Part shown: in pieces, positions 28,562 to 38,801 of the stretch
How the letters are laid out: every line of letters begins with the position of its first letter
How positions within the stretch are numbered: the first letter of the stretch is position 1
Source of the DNA: an uncultured Elusimicrobia bacterium
Lineage (GTDB): Bacteria > Elusimicrobiota > Endomicrobiia > DTEH01
DNA length: 64,000 bases
Reading direction: 5' to 3'
NCBI GenBank assembly: GCA_964561135.1
Contig: CAZLOB010000054.1
Coordinates: 22,429-86,428, forward strand
Position numbers and translations under genes: made by a program
Notes under the pieces: generated by a model
Database searches by the model: none
The model's input: the letters and a program-made list of their open reading frames with translations, nothing else
Told to the model about the DNA's origin: nothing

Positions 28562-30142
28562 ATGAGAGAAAAAATTTATATTTTTGACACAACACTACGT
28601 GACGGTGAACAATCACCCGGTGCTTCTTTAACACCACAGGAAAAACTTAAAATTGCCCTACAACTTGAAAAACTAGGTGTTGATATTATTGAAGCAGGTT
28701 TTCCAATATCTTCCTCAGGCGATTTTGAAGGTGTTGAATTAGTTGCAAAACATATTAAAAAATGTCAAGTTGCAGCATTAGCTCGTGCTAAAAAAATTGA
28801 TATAGAAACAGCTGCAAAAGCGTTAAAGAAAGCTAAGTATCCAAGAATACATACATTTATTGCTACTTCTGATATACATATAAAATACAAACTCAATATG
28901 ACAAAAAATGAAGTTTTGGAAACAGCTGTTGAAGCGGTAAAATTTGCACGAAAGTTTACTGACAACATCGAATTTTCATGTGAAGATGCTGCTAGGTCTG
29001 ATATAGATTTCTTATGTAAAATAATTGAAGAAGTAATAAAAGCAGGAGCAACTGTTATAAATATCCCTGACACTGTAGGTTATGCCATTCCTAATGAATT
29101 TGGGAAATTGATATCTGAAATAAAAAATCGCGTACCAAATATTGACAAATGCATAATTTCGGTACATTGTCATAACGATTTAGGTTTAGCAGTTGCAAAT
29201 TCTATTTCAGCCATTATAAATGGTGCAAGACAAGTTGAATGCACAATAAATGGTATTGGTGAACGAGCAGGTAATGCTTCATTAGAAGAAATTGTTATGA
29301 TCATAAAAACAAGAAAAGATAATGAACTATTGAAAAATTTTTATACCAATATAAACACAAAAGAAATCTACCCTACAAGCAAATTAGTTTCCACACTTAC
29401 AGGAATCCCTGTGCAACCAAACAAATCCATTGTTGGAAAAAATGCATTTCGTCATGAAGCAGGAATACATCAAGATGGAATCCTGAAAAAAAGACAAACA
29501 TATGAAATCATAAAACCTCAGGATGTTGGCGTCCCTTCAAGCGAACTTGTGTTAGGTAAACATTCAGGTAGACACGCTCTAAAAAAGCGGCTTGAAGAGT
29601 TAGGATATAAAGTAAACAAAAAACTTTTAGAAAAAATTTTTATAAAATTTAAAGAACTTGCTGACAAAAAGAAGTTTGTGTATGACGAAGACATCATTGT
29701 TTTAACAAATGAAGAACTTGGTAAAGAAAAACAAAATCTTGAACTAAAATATTTCCATATAAATAGTGGTAGTAATGTCCTACCAACGGCTACAGTAAAA
29801 TTGTTAGTAAAAATAAATTCAAAAACAATAGAATTACAAGAAGTTGAATTTGGTGACGGACCTGTTGATGCTGCATACAAATCAATTGACAAAATTGTAT
29901 GTAAATTATTAAAACTAAAATCAGCTCCAAAACTTGTAGATTATCAACTTAAAGCTGTTTCTTCAGGTAAAGATGCTCAAGGAGAAGTTTTGGTGAAGTT
30001 TGAATACAACAATGAACTTTTTAGTGGACGAGGTGTATCAACAGATGTTATAGAAGCAAGTATCAAAGCATATATTTCATGTTGGAACAATTTTTTATTA
30101 AGAAAAAAATTATTTCCTAAAAAAATAAAAATAGAATTATGA
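28562..30142 (+). CDS. leuA: 2-isopropylmalate synthase (LeuA type; citramalate-synthase activity cannot be excluded)
   Basis: It has IYIFDTTLRDGEQSPGASLT, HCHNDLGLAVANSISAIINGARQVECTINGIGERAGNASLEE and a C-terminal LeuA-dimer/regulatory domain. The start is set at Met18 of the ORF-track protein because the RBS precedes it. Confidence 0.8.
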   Translation: MREKIYIFDTTLRDGEQSPGASLTPQEKLKIALQLEKLGVDIIEAGFPISSSGDFEGVELVAKHIKKCQVAALARAKKIDIETAAKALKKAKYPRIHTFIATSDIHIKYKLNMTKNEVLETAVEAVKFARKFTDNIEFSCEDAARSDIDFLCKIIEEVIKAGATVINIPDTVGYAIPNEFGKLISEIKNRVPNIDKCIISVHCHNDLGLAVANSISAIINGARQVECTINGIGERAGNASLEEIVMIIKTRKDNELLKNFYTNINTKEIYPTSKLVSTLTGIPVQPNKSIVGKNAFRHEAGIHQDGILKKRQTYEIIKPQDVGVPSSELVLGKHSGRHALKKRLEELGYKVNKKLLEKIFIKFKELADKKKFVYDEDIIVLTNEELGKEKQNLELKYFHINSGSNVLPTATVKLLVKINSKTIELQEVEFGDGPVDAAYKSIDKIVCKLLKLKSAPKLVDYQLKAVSSGKDAQGEVLVKFEYNNELFSGRGVSTDVIEASIKAYISCWNNFLLRKKLFPKKIKIEL

Positions 30143-31431
30143 AGACTCCACCGCAAACTATCACACAAAAAATTATTGCAAAACATTGCCAAAAAAAATA
30201 TGTAGAAGAAGATGAGTTTGTTTTAGCAAAAGTAGATTTAGCGTTAAGCAACGATGTTACAACACCTCTTGCAATAAAACAATTTTACCAAATTTTTGAA
30301 GGAACTAATAAAGAACCAAAATTGTTTGATAAAAACAAAGTCGTTATTGTTTTAGATCATTTTGTACCAAATAAAGATATCCCTTCAGCACAACAAAATA
30401 AGTTTATTACAGAGTTTGTAAAAAAATTTAAAATAAAACATTTTTATTCAGGTGGAGATGCAGGTATAGAACATGCTCTCCTGCCAGAAAAAGGACTTAT
30501 AAAACCAGCAGATCTAATAATAGGTGCTGATTCACATACTTGTACATATGGCGCGTTAGGAGCATTTTCTACAGGTGTGGGCTCAACAGATTTATCTGTA
30601 GTATGGGCAACAGGTAAAATTTGGCTTAAAGTACCAAAAACGATAAAGATTATATATTACGGCAAACTTAATAAAAATGTTTTTGGTAAAGACTTGATTT
30701 TAGCTACAATTGCAAAGATTGGTGTTGATGGCGCAAATTATAAAACTATTGAACTTTCTGGAGAAGTGGTAAAAAAACTTTCAATATATAGCAGGTTCAC
30801 AATGACAAATATGGCAATAGAATGTGGTGCAAAAAATGGTATAATAGAACCTGATGAGACCACATATAGATACTTAAAAGAAGTTCAAGGTTCAAAGTTC
30901 AAAACTCAAAATATACTAGGATTAAAAAGTGATAAAGATGCAAAGTATTTAGAAACAATAGAAATTGATTGTAGCAAAATTTATCCACAAGTTGCATTAC
31001 CTCATTTACCTTCAAATAGTATTAATGTAAAAGATTTAAACAAAAAAATTTATATAGATCAGGTTGTCATTGGTTCTTGTACAAATGGTTGGTACGAAGA
31101 TTTATATTTGGCAGCGAAAGTCTTGAAAGGAAAAAAAGTAAACCCTAATGTCAGATGTTTGATATTTCCAGCAACGCCAAAGATTTATTATCAAGCGTTG
31201 AAAACAGGTCTTATAGAAATTTTTATTAAAGCAGGTTGTATAATAAACCCGCCGACATGCGGACCTTGCCTTGGTGGACATTTAGGTATCCTTGCGGAAG
31301 GTGAGAAAGCAGTTGCTACAACAAACAGAAACTTCATTGGTCGGATGGGACATACAAAAAGTGAAGTGTATCTAACTAATCCTGTTGTAGCAGCTTATTC
31401 TGCAGTACGAGGTTATATTTCTTGCGAGTGA
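30139..31431 (+). CDS. leuC: 3-isopropylmalate dehydratase large subunit (aconitase family, compact archaeal-type)
   Basis: 430 aa. It has aconitase-family motifs (GADSHTCTYGALGAF, IGSCTNG, Fe-S Cys ligands CGPCLGG). It overlaps leuA by 4 nt. Confidence 0.85.
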   Translation: MKTPPQTITQKIIAKHCQKKYVEEDEFVLAKVDLALSNDVTTPLAIKQFYQIFEGTNKEPKLFDKNKVVIVLDHFVPNKDIPSAQQNKFITEFVKKFKIKHFYSGGDAGIEHALLPEKGLIKPADLIIGADSHTCTYGALGAFSTGVGSTDLSVVWATGKIWLKVPKTIKIIYYGKLNKNVFGKDLILATIAKIGVDGANYKTIELSGEVVKKLSIYSRFTMTNMAIECGAKNGIIEPDETTYRYLKEVQGSKFKTQNILGLKSDKDAKYLETIEIDCSKIYPQVALPHLPSNSINVKDLNKKIYIDQVVIGSCTNGWYEDLYLAAKVLKGKKVNPNVRCLIFPATPKIYYQALKTGLIEIFIKAGCIINPPTCGPCLGGHLGILAEGEKAVATTNRNFIGRMGHTKSEVYLTNPVVAAYSAVRGYISCE

Positions 31432-32156
31432 TAATTATTATATTTTCTTAAATATTTCAGAACCAAACTAAAATCTTTTGGTGGCTCACATTGTAGTTCA
31501 ACGAACTCTTTTTTTCTAAAATGATAAAATCTTATTTTGTACGAATGTAATGCAGTGCGGGATATTAATGGTTTTTCTCTTTCATCTTTTTTGAATTTAT
31601 AATCTTTTTTAATCTGAGATAAATAAAACTCTTTTGTATTAGAGTATAATTTGTCTGCTAACAGTGGGTAACCAATCGTTGCAAAATGAATACGTATTTG
31701 GTGTCTTCTACCAGTAATAGGGTATGCTTCAACTAAAGTATAATTTTTAAACCGTTCTATAACCTTATATTCTGTAATTGATGGTTTTCCATCAACAAAA
31801 TCTATTTTTACTTTTTGTGGATTGTTTGTATCAGGAGCAATCGGTAATTCTATTTTCCCATCTTTAACATCAATCCTTCCTTGTGTTATCGCAAGATATG
31901 TTTTTTTAACTTTACGTAAGAAAAACTGATGCACAAGTTCTTTATGGGCAATCTCATTTTTTGCAAAACATATAATACCAGATGTTTCTTTATCCAACCT
32001 GTGAACTATAAAAATTCTTTTATACTTGCTTTCTAAAATATCCTGTAAGTTAGGTAAAAAAATATCGTATCTGTCAGGAATAGTCAAAACATTTGGTGGT
32101 TTGTCTACAATAACATAATCTTCATCTTCGTAAAGAATTTTTATTTCATTCTTCAT
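31413..32156 (-). CDS. RluA-family 23S rRNA/tRNA pseudouridine synthase
   Basis: 247 aa. It has the catalytic-Asp motif HRLDKETSGIICFAKN and RluA-family regions. Confidence 0.8.
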   Translation of the reverse strand: MKNEIKILYEDEDYVIVDKPPNVLTIPDRYDIFLPNLQDILESKYKRIFIVHRLDKETSGIICFAKNEIAHKELVHQFFLRKVKKTYLAITQGRIDVKDGKIELPIAPDTNNPQKVKIDFVDGKPSITEYKVIERFKNYTLVEAYPITGRRHQIRIHFATIGYPLLADKLYSNTKEFYLSQIKKDYKFKKDEREKPLISRTALHSYKIRFYHFRKKEFVELQCEPPKDFSLVLKYLRKYNNYHSQEI

Positions 32157-32473
32157 TGTTGAAAAACAACTTAAGTTTTTATAAAAACTAATGTAGGAAA
32201 AATTTTAATCAAAATCAATAAAAAATAAATGACTAAAAAATTGAGTTTTTAAAAAGGCAGCTATAATCTTTAAGCTTTTAATACAAAACAGTCTTGTCAA
32301 CTATTTTCTAGAGTATTTAATAAGGAAAAAAGTTGGTATTTGGCTAAAAAATATTATTTTACTAATTAGTTAAAAACTATCGAAGTTTATAAAGAAAAAG
32401 AAATTTTGGGTTATTATAAAAGAAATGAATTATTTTTTGAAAATTTTATAAAGTTTTTAGAAAAAAGGCATGT

Positions 32474-32965
32474 ATGAAACTAAAAGGTATTGTTTATAAA
32501 TGTCCTGACAATGTAGATACTGATGTAATAATTCCTGCAAAATATCTTAATACTTCTGACCCTAACTTTCTTGCACAACATTGTTTAGAACCTTTAGTTG
32601 AACAATTTGATGTACAGCTCACATCTTCGCACATTATTGTCGCTGGAAAAAACTTTGGGTGTGGATCATCTCGCGAACACGCTCCTTTATCAATAAAAGC
32701 AAAAGGTATAAAATGTATAGTAGCAGAAAGTTTTGCACGAATATTTTTTAGAAATGCAATTAACATTGGTCTTCCAGTAATAGAACTTTTAGATGCTACT
32801 AAAAAGTTTGACTTCGGTGACGAAATAGAAATAGATTTTCTTAACGGTATAATAAGAAACAATACTAAAAATACTAAATACACTGTTAAACCTTTTCCTG
32901 AGTTTTTACAACAAATAATATCTGCAGGAAATATTATTAACTTCGTCAAAAAAAAATTAATATAA
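32474..32965 (+). CDS. leuD: 3-isopropylmalate dehydratase small subunit
   Basis: 163 aa. The N-terminus is LKGIVYKCPDNVDTDVIIPAKYL and the GSSREHAP motif is present. Confidence 0.85.
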   Translation: MKLKGIVYKCPDNVDTDVIIPAKYLNTSDPNFLAQHCLEPLVEQFDVQLTSSHIIVAGKNFGCGSSREHAPLSIKAKGIKCIVAESFARIFFRNAINIGLPVIELLDATKKFDFGDEIEIDFLNGIIRNNTKNTKYTVKPFPEFLQQIISAGNIINFVKKKLI

Positions 32966-32977
32966 AAAAGAATAAAT

Positions 32978-33604
32978 GTGAATCACAAAAAATTTTTCTA
33001 TTATATTGTAGCATTGTTTGTATGCACCTATTCTTCAATATCGCAAGAAGAAATAAATTCAACAAAAAATTTGTGGATAACATCAGTTGAAAAAAACAAA
33101 ACGAATGAATATTCTATTATACTAAACGATCTTATAGTGATAAAAGAAATAAAACTAAAGAAAACAAAAATTGGGAAAAGGGAAATTATCAACCTTGAAT
33201 TCCCAACTTATATATCAAAACATGGTAAAGCATATCCACAAATTATTGCTTTAAATAAACAACTACAACAACGTATAATAAAAGCTATCACAACACTTAC
33301 ACCTGAAAAATCATCAACAAAAGTTGAACCTTCGTTTACAATAAATAAATTTACCCCATACACAAAAGCAACATCAAGTTTAAAAGTTTTTGCTTCAGTT
33401 GTTTTCGAAAACAGCCTTGAGATTGAATGCAGAGTTATGGAAAGGAACCGTAACGCTTGGGTTGTTTGGCCTGCTAGGAAAGACCAAATTACTAACAAAT
33501 GGATACCACAAGTAGCTTTTACATCTAAAGAATATAAAAAGAAAATAGAACAAAGTTTGTTATCAAAATATAAAACAAGTAAAGTAGAAGCTTCTGAAGA
33601 ATAA
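32978..33604 (+). CDS. Signal-peptide protein with two tandem SpoVG-like domains
   Basis: 208 aa. It has an N-terminal hydrophobic signal (FFYYIVALFVCTYSS). Domain 2 (KVFASVVFENSLEIECRVMERNRNAWVVWPARKDQITNKWIPQVAFTSKEYKKKIEQSLLSKY) parallels SpoVG ([46 protein letters not shown]...KIQDAVLNEY). Domain 1 (IILNDLIVIKEIKL...INLEFPTYISKHGKAYPQIIALNKQLQQRIIKAI) shows the same pattern. Confidence 0.35.
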   Translation: MNHKKFFYYIVALFVCTYSSISQEEINSTKNLWITSVEKNKTNEYSIILNDLIVIKEIKLKKTKIGKREIINLEFPTYISKHGKAYPQIIALNKQLQQRIIKAITTLTPEKSSTKVEPSFTINKFTPYTKATSSLKVFASVVFENSLEIECRVMERNRNAWVVWPARKDQITNKWIPQVAFTSKEYKKKIEQSLLSKYKTSKVEASEE

Positions 33605-33618
33605 AAATATACAAAGCT

Positions 33619-35598
33619 TTAATCACGCCAGGGAAAATAAAGTTTATCAATATCAGAAATTTTTGTCCCAACATAAGGTTTAAATTTTAGTCCTACAAAC
33701 CCACCGATTTCAAATACATATGGTGTTGTAGTAGAAATAGATTTCCTTATATTACAAAAAACTTTTGCTTCCCAACAATGTAGATCTTTATATAATTCAA
33801 AATTTGTATTTACTAACTCAACATTTTCTTTTTCTATGTTTAAAGTACTCCTTAGCTTAAGTTGAACGTTATCAGGAATATATACATTAATCCTTGAAGT
33901 AATTACATCTTTTTTTTGAGAATAACTTTTTGAATAAACAAAATCTAACCTATTGTTAAAATCAAATCTGTATCCTAAAGAAACTTGTAAATTTTGTAAT
34001 ATATTTTCATCTATCTTATATTCAGTGTGTGTAAAAAAATCAACCTTTTTGTATGACGAACCAAAATCTGTGTTTAACACATAAAATTTTTTGTACCAAC
34101 TATTACTATCAATTTTTGCTAAAAAATTATAAGTAGTATAGATTCTTAAAAAATTTTGTCTATAAAACAAATCAACCCGTGGTGATAAACTGTTTGTCAA
34201 CACATTAGAAGAAAAAATTATACTGAAAGAATTATCTATCGACTTTATTTTGTAATTATACGATAAATCAAAGCTGCAAAAATTAGATGGATAAAATCTT
34301 AATGGGAAAACAAAACTATAAAAGTTATAAAATAAGCTTCTATCAGAATAAAAGTTTAAAAAAGATTGCATTAATAAAGTTGGTGAAAATGAAATGTTTT
34401 TAGATAACCTCAAAGGAATAAAAACATTGAAATTATTATCTGAAAGGACAGCATAATAAGTTGATGATTCTATAAATGAAGGCACAATATTTAAACTTTC
34501 ATTAAACTTTATTTTCCCAATACTAAATGGATACACTATAAAGTTTACAGGTGTTTTATAGTAGTTATTTATAAACTTGTTTTGTTGAGTATCAAAACTG
34601 TCATAGCGTAAATATGAGAATCTTAACAAAAATTTCTGAGTGTCATAAGAAATTGAGATACCTGAGTTCAAATCTCTTTTTACCAAAAACCAGTTTTCTT
34701 TCTCATATAAATTATAAAACTGTTCATTACTTAAATATTCAACATTACTTTTTAACACACATGAAGGAAAAATTGTGTGGCTGTTATTAATTCTGACATT
34801 TATTTGTGTTTTCCCATCTTTAAAATTATTAACTGTATATAAATACATTGCTCCGTTATACGAAGTAGAACTATATTTAATCTCGCTTCCTAAACCTACA
34901 CTGTCAATAGAATATAAATCACACATAAATTTTATATCAAAATTCTCTAAAAATTTTCTTCCATACTCTATTTTAGTAATTAACCCGCGTTCGTTTTCAT
35001 AAGAAGGATCTACTGTTAAATAATATTTTGACGGTTTCAAAGATATTCTATAATACGGAACCCATAAAACTGAAATATTTCTTAAAACTAAGGAAGGTGA
35101 GTAAAGCTTTATTTCTTTATATGGATAAATTACAACTTTCTTTGATTTTAAATAATAATGTGGAGTTTTAAAATTGCAATGTGTTATTTTTGCTTCTTCA
35201 AGTAAAAGATTTTCTTTACCTACTACACAAGATTTACTATAACTGTAATATGGATCGTAGAAAGAATAAAAATTTTGTATCATAATTTTTTCAGAGTTAA
35301 CATCATATTGCAAACTTTTTGCAAAAAGTCTATTATCATAATGAGATAAAAAAACATCTGTTGAAATATAAATAACATTTTTTTGTGTATCATAAAACAA
35401 TTTTTCTGTCTCAAGAAAAACATCTTTATATTGCAACCTAACATTTCCTTCAGCAATAACTATGTTATTAGTTTTATCAAAGATAACACTTTCCGCAGTA
35501 AGTTTTAATTCCTGTAGGAAAATTTTTGTGTCAACAAAAAACAAAAACTGGCTAACAAAAAGAAAAAACAAAATTTTTTTGGGGTAGAATTTTATCAT
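33619..35598 (-). CDS. lptD: LPS-assembly protein LptD (OstA family) candidate
   Basis: 659 aa. After a signal/anchor it has an OstA_N-like stretch (LKLTAESVIFDKTNNIVIAEGNVRLQYKDVFLETEKLFYD), then a long beta-rich region with Tyr/Phe-rich alternating strands. Confidence 0.5.
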   Translation of the reverse strand: MIKFYPKKILFFLFVSQFLFFVDTKIFLQELKLTAESVIFDKTNNIVIAEGNVRLQYKDVFLETEKLFYDTQKNVIYISTDVFLSHYDNRLFAKSLQYDVNSEKIMIQNFYSFYDPYYSYSKSCVVGKENLLLEEAKITHCNFKTPHYYLKSKKVVIYPYKEIKLYSPSLVLRNISVLWVPYYRISLKPSKYYLTVDPSYENERGLITKIEYGRKFLENFDIKFMCDLYSIDSVGLGSEIKYSSTSYNGAMYLYTVNNFKDGKTQINVRINNSHTIFPSCVLKSNVEYLSNEQFYNLYEKENWFLVKRDLNSGISISYDTQKFLLRFSYLRYDSFDTQQNKFINNYYKTPVNFIVYPFSIGKIKFNESLNIVPSFIESSTYYAVLSDNNFNVFIPLRLSKNISFSPTLLMQSFLNFYSDRSLFYNFYSFVFPLRFYPSNFCSFDLSYNYKIKSIDNSFSIIFSSNVLTNSLSPRVDLFYRQNFLRIYTTYNFLAKIDSNSWYKKFYVLNTDFGSSYKKVDFFTHTEYKIDENILQNLQVSLGYRFDFNNRLDFVYSKSYSQKKDVITSRINVYIPDNVQLKLRSTLNIEKENVELVNTNFELYKDLHCWEAKVFCNIRKSISTTTPYVFEIGGFVGLKFKPYVGTKISDIDKLYFPWRD

Positions 35599-36596
35599 AA
35601 AAGAAAAGATTTTATTGCAAGTATCCCTGCACCTATAACACCGTAGTGTTGTCCTTTTACCACTTTATATTTTATATTTCGTAAAAACGGATGTTTACTT
35701 TCTTTTATAACAGGCCAGACACGATTTTTAACTTCTTGTATTGTAGTTGGCAAGAAAAACTTGTGAGCGTTTGCAACACCGCCTGTTAACACAACAAACT
35801 CTGGAGCAAAAATGTTTACTAAATTACTTACAACTACTCCCAAATATTTACCATACATTCTCCATTTTTCTAACGAGTATTCATCACCTCTTTTAGCAGC
35901 TTCATATAAAATTTTAGTATCCATACTATCCAAGTTATTTTTAAGCAGTCTATATAAAATTGTTTTTATCTTTCTACTCTTAAGTTCTCTTATAATGTTA
36001 TGGATAAACCATCTCGCACCAATATAACTCTCAAGACAGCCTCTATTACCACAACCACATGCATTACCTTCTGTTTCAACTACTATATGTCCAAGTTCTG
36101 TTGCAGAAAAAGCCCTCCCATACAAAAGTTCGCCTTTATAAATGACGCCACCGCCTATACCAGTACCTAAAGTAAAACATACCATGTTTTGTACATAAGG
36201 ATATTTAGTTTTTATCTTAGCATAATATATCCCCAAAGTAGCAAGGTTAGCGTCGTTGTCAATAACAGTTGGTAAAGAAAATTTTTTTTCAAACAAACTT
36301 TTTATTGACAAATTTTCCCACATTATATTAGGCGCATAAATTACATATCCGCTATAAAAATCTAACAGTCCTGCAATTGCTATACCACAAGCTTTAACAT
36401 CTTTTCGTAATTTATTTATTCTTTTTACTTGTTCAACAATTAAATCTATCATCTTTTCAACATTATTTTGGCCACGAATTGTCTTCATAGTCCAACTGTC
36501 TTCTAAAACAAAGTTGTTTTCATCAACACATTTTATTATACCAAATTTTGTCTCTGTACCACCAATATCTATACCTATTGCAACTTTAGTTTTCAT
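35595..36596 (-). CDS. ROK-family sugar kinase (glucokinase/N-acetylhexosamine kinase-like)
   Basis: 333 aa. The N-terminus is AIGIDIGGTETKFGI and the ROK zinc motif is GHIVVETEGNACGCGNRGCLESY. Confidence 0.75.
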   Translation of the reverse strand: MKTKVAIGIDIGGTETKFGIIKCVDENNFVLEDSWTMKTIRGQNNVEKMIDLIVEQVKRINKLRKDVKACGIAIAGLLDFYSGYVIYAPNIMWENLSIKSLFEKKFSLPTVIDNDANLATLGIYYAKIKTKYPYVQNMVCFTLGTGIGGGVIYKGELLYGRAFSATELGHIVVETEGNACGCGNRGCLESYIGARWFIHNIIRELKSRKIKTILYRLLKNNLDSMDTKILYEAAKRGDEYSLEKWRMYGKYLGVVVSNLVNIFAPEFVVLTGGVANAHKFFLPTTIQEVKNRVWPVIKESKHPFLRNIKYKVVKGQHYGVIGAGILAIKSFLL

Positions 36597-37308
36597 AAGT
36601 TAAATAATTTACAATAAAATTAAAATAAGAAAGAATATTTTTTACTAATTTTAATTTACTTTTTCCATATTTTTTATAATATTTCAACTTTAATGGTACT
36701 TCACATATTTTTGGTTTAAATTTTAATAACTTCAACAAAATTTCTAACTGAACAACAAAATTTCTCTGTGTTATAAACTTTTCTTTATATTCATCATTTG
36801 CTTGCAACAAAATTTTACCTGAATACAAACGATATCCCGTTGTATAATCTTTTAAATTAGGATATGGAAACAAAAATTTTAAAAAAATTTTTGCCAAATA
36901 TGAAAAAAGTTTTCTATACCAAACAACACCTATTTGTTTAGCACCAAAACAATATCTCGATGCAATCACAATATCATATCCTTCTTCAAACTTTTTCAAC
37001 ATGTACCAAACAAGCTCTATCGGATGTGTATTATCAGCATCTAATGTAACTACAACATCTTGCGAAGAAAGTTTAGGAATAATATATTTAAAACCTGTTC
37101 TTAAAGCAAAACCTAAACCTAAATTTCTTACATGATGAATAACAAATATATCATCTAATAAAAGTTTCTCAAGAACATATTTCGTATTGTCAGTAGAACC
37201 ATCATTAACTACTACAATCTTATAGTTTCTCATAAGTTGTCTAATAGAATTTATCACTTCAACTATGTTTACTTCTTCATTATAAGCACAAACTAAAAAA
37301 TAAATCAT
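36586..37308 (-). CDS. Family-2 glycosyltransferase (polyprenol-phosphate sugar transferase-like, DPM1/GtrB type)
   Basis: 240 aa. It has YFLVCAYNEEVNI...VVVNDGSTDNT and the DxD region TLDADNTH. Confidence 0.7.
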   Translation of the reverse strand: MIYFLVCAYNEEVNIVEVINSIRQLMRNYKIVVVNDGSTDNTKYVLEKLLLDDIFVIHHVRNLGLGFALRTGFKYIIPKLSSQDVVVTLDADNTHPIELVWYMLKKFEEGYDIVIASRYCFGAKQIGVVWYRKLFSYLAKIFLKFLFPYPNLKDYTTGYRLYSGKILLQANDEYKEKFITQRNFVVQLEILLKLLKFKPKICEVPLKLKYYKKYGKSKLKLVKNILSYFNFIVNYLTYEN

Positions 37309-38798
37309 CCTAATTCCTTTTTTAAAATTTTTATGTATTTGTTTGCTAACTTAGGATTAACCTGCAACATTTGTTTCAAAAATTTATATCCATCAGATTT
37401 ATTACCAAATTTAAAATTTATAACAGAAATATAAAAATAACTTTCAACATCAAACGGATTTGTTTTAATAACATTTATAAACATTTTTTTTGCTTCTTCA
37501 AGATTATCTTCTTCAACAAAAGAAACAGCAAGATATTTCCATCCTAACCAACATGTTTCATCTAAAGAAACAGCTTTGTAAAAATTATCTTTTTGTTTAG
37601 AATTAACTAATACCATAATTTTGTCCATTTTGAAAAAAGAAATTATACAGTATAACAAAAAAATTGACAAAAATAAAAAGTATAAAAGATTAACAACTCT
37701 ATTTTTTCCTTCAAACATATATTTATTTTTATCCTCAACGGCTAAGGATGATAAAAAAATAAAAAATAAAATACTATTTTGTGGAATATATAAAACATAA
37801 TCAAAAAAATTTTGTATAAGCACACCATATAAAGGATAAAGAAAAATCTTATTTTTTATTTTTTTCAAAATATAAAATATAAAAAATAAAAACAAAAAAA
37901 GACCCACCACACCTATCTCTGCCGCTAAATGGACAAAATAATTATGGACAAAAATTGTTGCAATTGAAGGTTCTATATAAACATTTGTTAAATATTGTGG
38001 ATAATAAAATTTAAAATTTCCTAACCCTACACCAAAAATGAAATGTTCTAACCAAATTTTTAATCCAATAACCAACCATATCATTCTATCAATGACGCTA
38101 TTAAAATTTATCACAGAAAATAACAAAAATAATGAAACAATTATCACCCATTTTAGAAATCTGTTTTTTATAAAAACAAACACTATCACTGCTATTACAA
38201 CAAAAATGGCAGAAAAACTTTTTAAAAATAACAAAAAAAAGGAAGAAATAGTTAATGTTAAAAAAACCAACAACTTATTCTGTTTTTTCAGATATAGATA
38301 AAAAAAAGAAAATAACCAACTAAATAAACAATAACAAGCAAAAATGTTAGTGTTGTAAACAAAAAAATTTAATAATTCTTCTTTGCCAAAAATATATACT
38401 AAAAAAAAGAAAAGTTGGACTATCAAGAAACTTATCACTAACTCTCCTTCTAAACTTCTTTGTATAAAAACTTCATAAAACACAAAAAATGTTGTTATAT
38501 AAAAACAAAAATTTAAAAGCTCTGTTTTGCTTTCAAACTGTATTTTTGAAACAAGATAAGTATTTAAAAAAAGATAAAATAAAAAAAATAAAAGTGAAAA
38601 TACAATGATTAGATTATTTTTAATAAAAAATTTTTTTGAAAAATAAAAGTTCGCTAAAAAAATAATAACTAAAAGAAAAGATAAAACAAGTTTTGAAAAA
38701 AAAGAAACACTGCTAAATAGCAAAACTAAAGCAACAAGAAAAATAACTACGACAATTGAGAGAAATTTTGAAATAATTTTTTCTAAAAAAATTTCCAT
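37305..38798 (-). CDS. O-antigen ligase/Wzy_C-family polytopic membrane protein with a C-terminal TPR domain
   Basis: 497 aa. It has at least 10 TM helices and the Wzy_C signature RMIWLVIGLKIWLEHFIFGVGLGNFKFYY. The C-terminal roughly 100 aa are soluble and TPR-like. Confidence 0.55.
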   Translation of the reverse strand: MEIFLEKIISKFLSIVVVIFLVALVLLFSSVSFFSKLVLSFLLVIIFLANFYFSKKFFIKNNLIIVFSLLFFLFYLFLNTYLVSKIQFESKTELLNFCFYITTFFVFYEVFIQRSLEGELVISFLIVQLFFFLVYIFGKEELLNFFVYNTNIFACYCLFSWLFSFFYLYLKKQNKLLVFLTLTISSFFLLFLKSFSAIFVVIAVIVFVFIKNRFLKWVIIVSLFLLFSVINFNSVIDRMIWLVIGLKIWLEHFIFGVGLGNFKFYYPQYLTNVYIEPSIATIFVHNYFVHLAAEIGVVGLFLFLFFIFYILKKIKNKIFLYPLYGVLIQNFFDYVLYIPQNSILFFIFLSSLAVEDKNKYMFEGKNRVVNLLYFLFLSIFLLYCIISFFKMDKIMVLVNSKQKDNFYKAVSLDETCWLGWKYLAVSFVEEDNLEEAKKMFINVIKTNPFDVESYFYISVINFKFGNKSDGYKFLKQMLQVNPKLANKYIKILKKELG

Positions 38799-38801
38799 CC
38801 A

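Noticed and set aside
28452-28637. 61-aa minus-strand ORF overlapping the leuA 5' end and RBS
   Set aside because: It is antisense to a strongly supported gene start and is Lys/Ile-rich low complexity.
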